NCBI GenBank assembly: GCA_963662795.1
Contig: OY759746.1
Coordinates: forward strand, 3,456,001 to 3,520,000
Direction of reading: 5' to 3'
Length of the DNA: 64,000 nt
Origin: Spirochaetia bacterium
GTDB taxonomy: Bacteria; Spirochaetota; Spirochaetia; CADAEX01
Part shown: positions 60,584 through 64,000 of the stretch, in pieces
Layout: every line of letters starts with the position of its first letter
How positions within the stretch are numbered: the first letter of the stretch is position 1
Notes under the pieces: model-generated
What the model was told of the DNA's origin: nothing
The model's input: the letters and a program-made list of their open reading frames with translations, nothing else
Database searches by the model: none
Translations under genes and position numbers: made by a program

Positions 60584-61566
60584 AAAAATATAAAAAATTC
60601 TTTATGTTTCTTGATAATTTCAGAAAAATTATCATTACTTCACATGAAAACCCGGATGCTGATGCAATAGGCAGTGAATATGCCATATGCCTGCTGCTTA
60701 AGAAGCTTGGATACAATGCTGCAATTATGACATGTGAAGAAATACCGGAAAAATATAACTTTATAAACATTGGAAATTATATCAATGTTTACTCACGTGA
60801 AAATATAATTAATGAAGATCTTTCCGATGCTGCCCTGGTTGTTCTGGATACAAATACACCGACAAATACCGGGTATATTTATAATTTAATTAAGGATTTT
60901 GTTAAAGATATCTTTATAATTGACCACCATGAAATAGATGAAAATATTTTTAATAAAGAAAAAAGTATTATAGATGAAAATTCTTCATCCACATGTGAAA
61001 TTTTGTTTAATATTTTTAAATACTGCCGTGTAGATATTGATTTTCCTGCGGCCCAGGCAATTTATGCAGGGATACTCTACGATACCGGTTCTTTTATATA
61101 TCCAAAAACAAGCAGCAAGACACTGGAAATTGCTTCAATTCTGGTGAAAAAAGGGGTAATTCCAAAGAATGTTTATTCCAACCTGTATGAGATGAACAGC
61201 CTTTCATCCCTGCGGCTTCAGTCAAAAGTATTTTCAGAAATAGAGTTTTATCACTATAACAAAATTGCACTACAGGTTATGCTGAAAAAGACTTTGGAAT
61301 ATTTTAAAGCAAATTATGAAGATGGAGATAATATTATTAATCTGCCTTTGAAATGTAAAGATATTCTGGTATCAGTTTTTTTTAAAGAAAATTATAATGG
61401 GATATTAAGATGCTCTATCAGATCAAAAAATAATATTGATGTAGTTGGAATTGCTAAAAAATACGGCGGCGGCGGCCATACTACTGCAGCAGGTTTTAAA
61501 TGCAAGGAATCTCTTGAAATTGTTAAGGAAAAAGTGCTAAAAGAAATTATTCAATTGCTTGGCTAA
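60580..61566 (+). CDS. nrnA: DHH/DHHA1 phosphoesterase (NrnA/DhhP family)
   Basis: SHENPDADAIGS, VLDT, IIDHH, YDTGSF, SIRS, GGGGH. Confidence 0.9.
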   Translation: MKKYKKFFMFLDNFRKIIITSHENPDADAIGSEYAICLLLKKLGYNAAIMTCEEIPEKYNFINIGNYINVYSRENIINEDLSDAALVVLDTNTPTNTGYIYNLIKDFVKDIFIIDHHEIDENIFNKEKSIIDENSSSTCEILFNIFKYCRVDIDFPAAQAIYAGILYDTGSFIYPKTSSKTLEIASILVKKGVIPKNVYSNLYEMNSLSSLRLQSKVFSEIEFYHYNKIALQVMLKKTLEYFKANYEDGDNIINLPLKCKDILVSVFFKENYNGILRCSIRSKNNIDVVGIAKKYGGGGHTTAAGFKCKESLEIVKEKVLKEIIQLLG

Positions 61567-61570
61567 AAAA

Positions 61571-63094
61571 ATGAACAAAAACCCCGGACACATTATATTA
61601 AATTTATTATTATTATTTTTATTTATCTCCTGTGGTGAAAAAGCTGCATCCAGACATGATGGTCTGCCTAAAACAGTAATACCTGTTGTATCAAGGGATT
61701 CAGAAACAAGCGCAGAAATAAAGGATAAAAATGCCTTTAAAGGGGAGACACTTCCGCAACCCAGGATAAACATTGGAAGCGGCAATTCTGTTCTTTACAT
61801 CAAGAATATCAACCTTGACTTTGATGTTGAAGATGAACAGGTTATAGTTGCAGCCCCAAGAGATGTCAAACAGAATTTAAAAATAATGGTACTTGATTTT
61901 GATTCAGTCAGAAATAAATATATTATTACCTGGGAAACTGAAAAAACAAATATAAATCACAGGTCCATCGCTGTATCATATATTGATACTGTCGGAGACC
62001 ATAATCTTGAAATAGTTTTTTCAGCAATTTCACTGGATAATAATCATCATATTGATATTTTCAGGAAAACGCACTCTCCATCCGGAATCAGATTGTACTA
62101 TGAATCTATATGCAGCATTGAACTGAACGGGCAGATAGAATTGATTGAGAAAGAAAGAAGTCAGGCATATAATCTTGGCCAGAAAAACGGAATCAGCTTT
62201 CCCGTAATTACCTATCAGGAAAACAATATAAGTCCGGATGAGGGGCAGAAACTGCTTAAAACAACTTATATGTGGAATTATCAGGCCAATAAATACATAA
62301 ATGCCTTTCAGGAAAATATTCCGGCAGAAGTACTGGAAGAACAAAAAATAAATAAAATGTTTTTTGACGGAATTGATGCATATAAAACCTTTCTCGAAGG
62401 ACAGTGGTATAATGTCGACTCTGACGAATTAATTATACGTTTCAACAAAAATGAGAATGAAATTTCTTTCTTTACTTCTGATATCCTTGAAATATACAAG
62501 TGGTCGGAGTTCAACTATTCACGATTAAATAAAACAATAGATATTTACGCAAGAAATGATTTGATTCATTTTATTACAAAACGCATATCACTTAAAATTG
62601 AAAATATGAACCGAATTAAAATAGAGGTCAAGGACAGGGAAAACCCCAAGGACATTGACCAGATGAACGGGTTTTATGAAAGAATATCTGAAGATGTTAT
62701 CTCATCAATTTATAACAGCAGAGAAAATAAATCTGAGCAGGTGATACTTTCCGGTGAATATTCCGGCAGCAGCGGAACAATCTCATTCAATGGACATTAT
62801 TTTACCATGAATTCAGCTGATACGGTAAAAAAGGGGATTTTCTCCATTTACAATTATAATAAGGAATTAATACTTGAACTGCGCGTAATTGACGATAATT
62901 ATTTGTTAAAAGAAACCCTGCTTTTCAAGCTCTCTTATGATAAAAAGGATATGGAACAGACTATCATAAACCGTATTCTGCTTACAAAGGGAATTGTTAC
63001 TGCTGATACTTTCAAAACATCAGGTGAAGATCAGCTGCAGTTTATTCAGACTATAGAAAAAAATACAACTTCGGCAGTCAATCAAAAATCATAA
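61571..63094 (+). CDS. Lipoprotein, probably pallilysin (Tp0751)-related adhesin family
   Basis: Spirochetal lipobox LLLFLFISC; NLDFDVEDEQVIV and DTVGDHNLEIVF segments; location downstream of a Tp0750-like vWA gene. Alternative TTG start at 61559. Confidence 0.65.
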   Translation: MNKNPGHIILNLLLLFLFISCGEKAASRHDGLPKTVIPVVSRDSETSAEIKDKNAFKGETLPQPRINIGSGNSVLYIKNINLDFDVEDEQVIVAAPRDVKQNLKIMVLDFDSVRNKYIITWETEKTNINHRSIAVSYIDTVGDHNLEIVFSAISLDNNHHIDIFRKTHSPSGIRLYYESICSIELNGQIELIEKERSQAYNLGQKNGISFPVITYQENNISPDEGQKLLKTTYMWNYQANKYINAFQENIPAEVLEEQKINKMFFDGIDAYKTFLEGQWYNVDSDELIIRFNKNENEISFFTSDILEIYKWSEFNYSRLNKTIDIYARNDLIHFITKRISLKIENMNRIKIEVKDRENPKDIDQMNGFYERISEDVISSIYNSRENKSEQVILSGEYSGSSGTISFNGHYFTMNSADTVKKGIFSIYNYNKELILELRVIDDNYLLKETLLFKLSYDKKDMEQTIINRILLTKGIVTADTFKTSGEDQLQFIQTIEKNTTSAVNQKS

Positions 63095-64000
63095 AGCTTT
63101 CGATACTGTTGTGTTTTAAAATCATATTTATATTTTCAGCATCTGACTCAGTTTTGGCCGGAACAAGAACCTTGTAATATTTGGTTCCTTCTTTAATATA
63201 TTCCCTGATAATTCCGGAAAGTCCTGCTGATCCAATTTTTTTTATCATATTGGATGCGTTAGCTTCAGAATTATAGACCCCTGTCTGGATAAAGGCATAG
63301 TATTCTCTTTCTGTTTTTACCTTGCCCGTGTTTTCGAATAATACAAGCGGTGTAACCGGATATGAATAAATATCCAGTTCATCTACAGCTTTTTTGCCAT
63401 ATTTTCGGATAATTATATCTTTTGCCTTATTCTTCAGATTTTCAAGGTTATACATGAGTGATATTTTATAAACAGCAGACGCAGTAATTCCTCCTGATTT
63501 TTCATCAAGTATACCGGCAAATATTTTTTCAGCTTTAAGCGAGTCTCCGCGAATCAGGGAAATATAAGCAATAATTAATAAACCTTTCTGTTTTTCTTCA
63601 TTCTTCTTTGATTTATCAATGACAAAGTCTGCAAGATATATACTTTTTTCAATATTTCCGGTTTCAAGATTCAGAACTGCAGAATCAAGCAGGAGCGGCA
63701 GGTTTTCTTCAACAGGGTTGGTATTATAGGCAGATTCATAATAATCCCCTGCCCTGTCTATCATACCTGCCAGCTGCATCAGAAGAGCAGTTTTTTTTAT
63801 CAGAATTGTTCTTTTAACATTATCAGATATTAGCGGAATTTTTCTTTCTTCCGTATTGATTACTCTGATTATATTATTATCAAGCGATAGTATTTTATCA
63901 AGTACATTAAACAGCTCATTTTCATCTGTGGTTTTATCAGAAAGCTGATATAACATTTTAATTGATTTTTCTGTTTCTCCTTTTTTTTCCAGCTGCAAAA
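63078..64000 (-). CDS. TPR-like + C-terminal SPOR domain protein (5' end outside window)
   Basis: FIQTGVYNSEANA...YYKVLV SPOR pattern; helical repeats upstream; frame is open to the window edge. Confidence 0.75.
   Translation of the reverse strand, partial: LQLEKKGETEKSIKMLYQLSDKTTDENELFNVLDKILSLDNNIIRVINTEERKIPLISDNVKRTILIKKTALLMQLAGMIDRAGDYYESAYNTNPVEENLPLLLDSAVLNLETGNIEKSIYLADFVIDKSKKNEEKQKGLLIIAYISLIRGDSLKAEKIFAGILDEKSGGITASAVYKISLMYNLENLKNKAKDIIIRKYGKKAVDELDIYSYPVTPLVLFENTGKVKTEREYYAFIQTGVYNSEANASNMIKKIGSAGLSGIIREYIKEGTKYYKVLVPAKTESDAENINMILKHNSIESFMIFD

Overview
AT-rich (roughly one-third GC by eye), densely coding core-genome region of a spirochete (Spirochaetota; lineage markers: long TPR-extended GreA, tamB-bamA-skp-mutS, tandem lepB beside smpB, cfpA, a pallilysin-like lipoprotein). 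Contents: a ~28 kb minus-strand run (tamB-bamA-skp-mutS-comF, rimP-nusA-infB-rbfA-truB-ribF-rpsO-pnp-M16 peptidase-dut-lptF-lptG-tgt-murJ-HEAT), tmk, yebC-ruvCAB-queA, lepB-lepB-hemW, PEGA/FGE-smpB-tmRNA, purB-guaB-purA-guaA, and the cfpA locus. No integrase, transposase, CRISPR array, rRNA or tRNA was seen. Best candidate for an undescribed system: cfpA (cytoplasmic filament) appears co-transcribed with (i) a hypothetical protein whose C-terminal domain matches the HPr pattern by eye (His257) and (ii) a PPDK homologue whose ATP/Pi-binding motifs are degenerate while its phospho-His (His441) and PEP-binding motifs are intact. This suggests a PPDK-derived, Enzyme I/HPr-like PEP phosphorelay linked to a cytoskeletal filament (inference, untested). 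Also found: an unannotated 31-aa membrane peptide with a strong RBS and long leader, convergent on tmRNA. All assignments come from motif recognition by eye; no database search was run.
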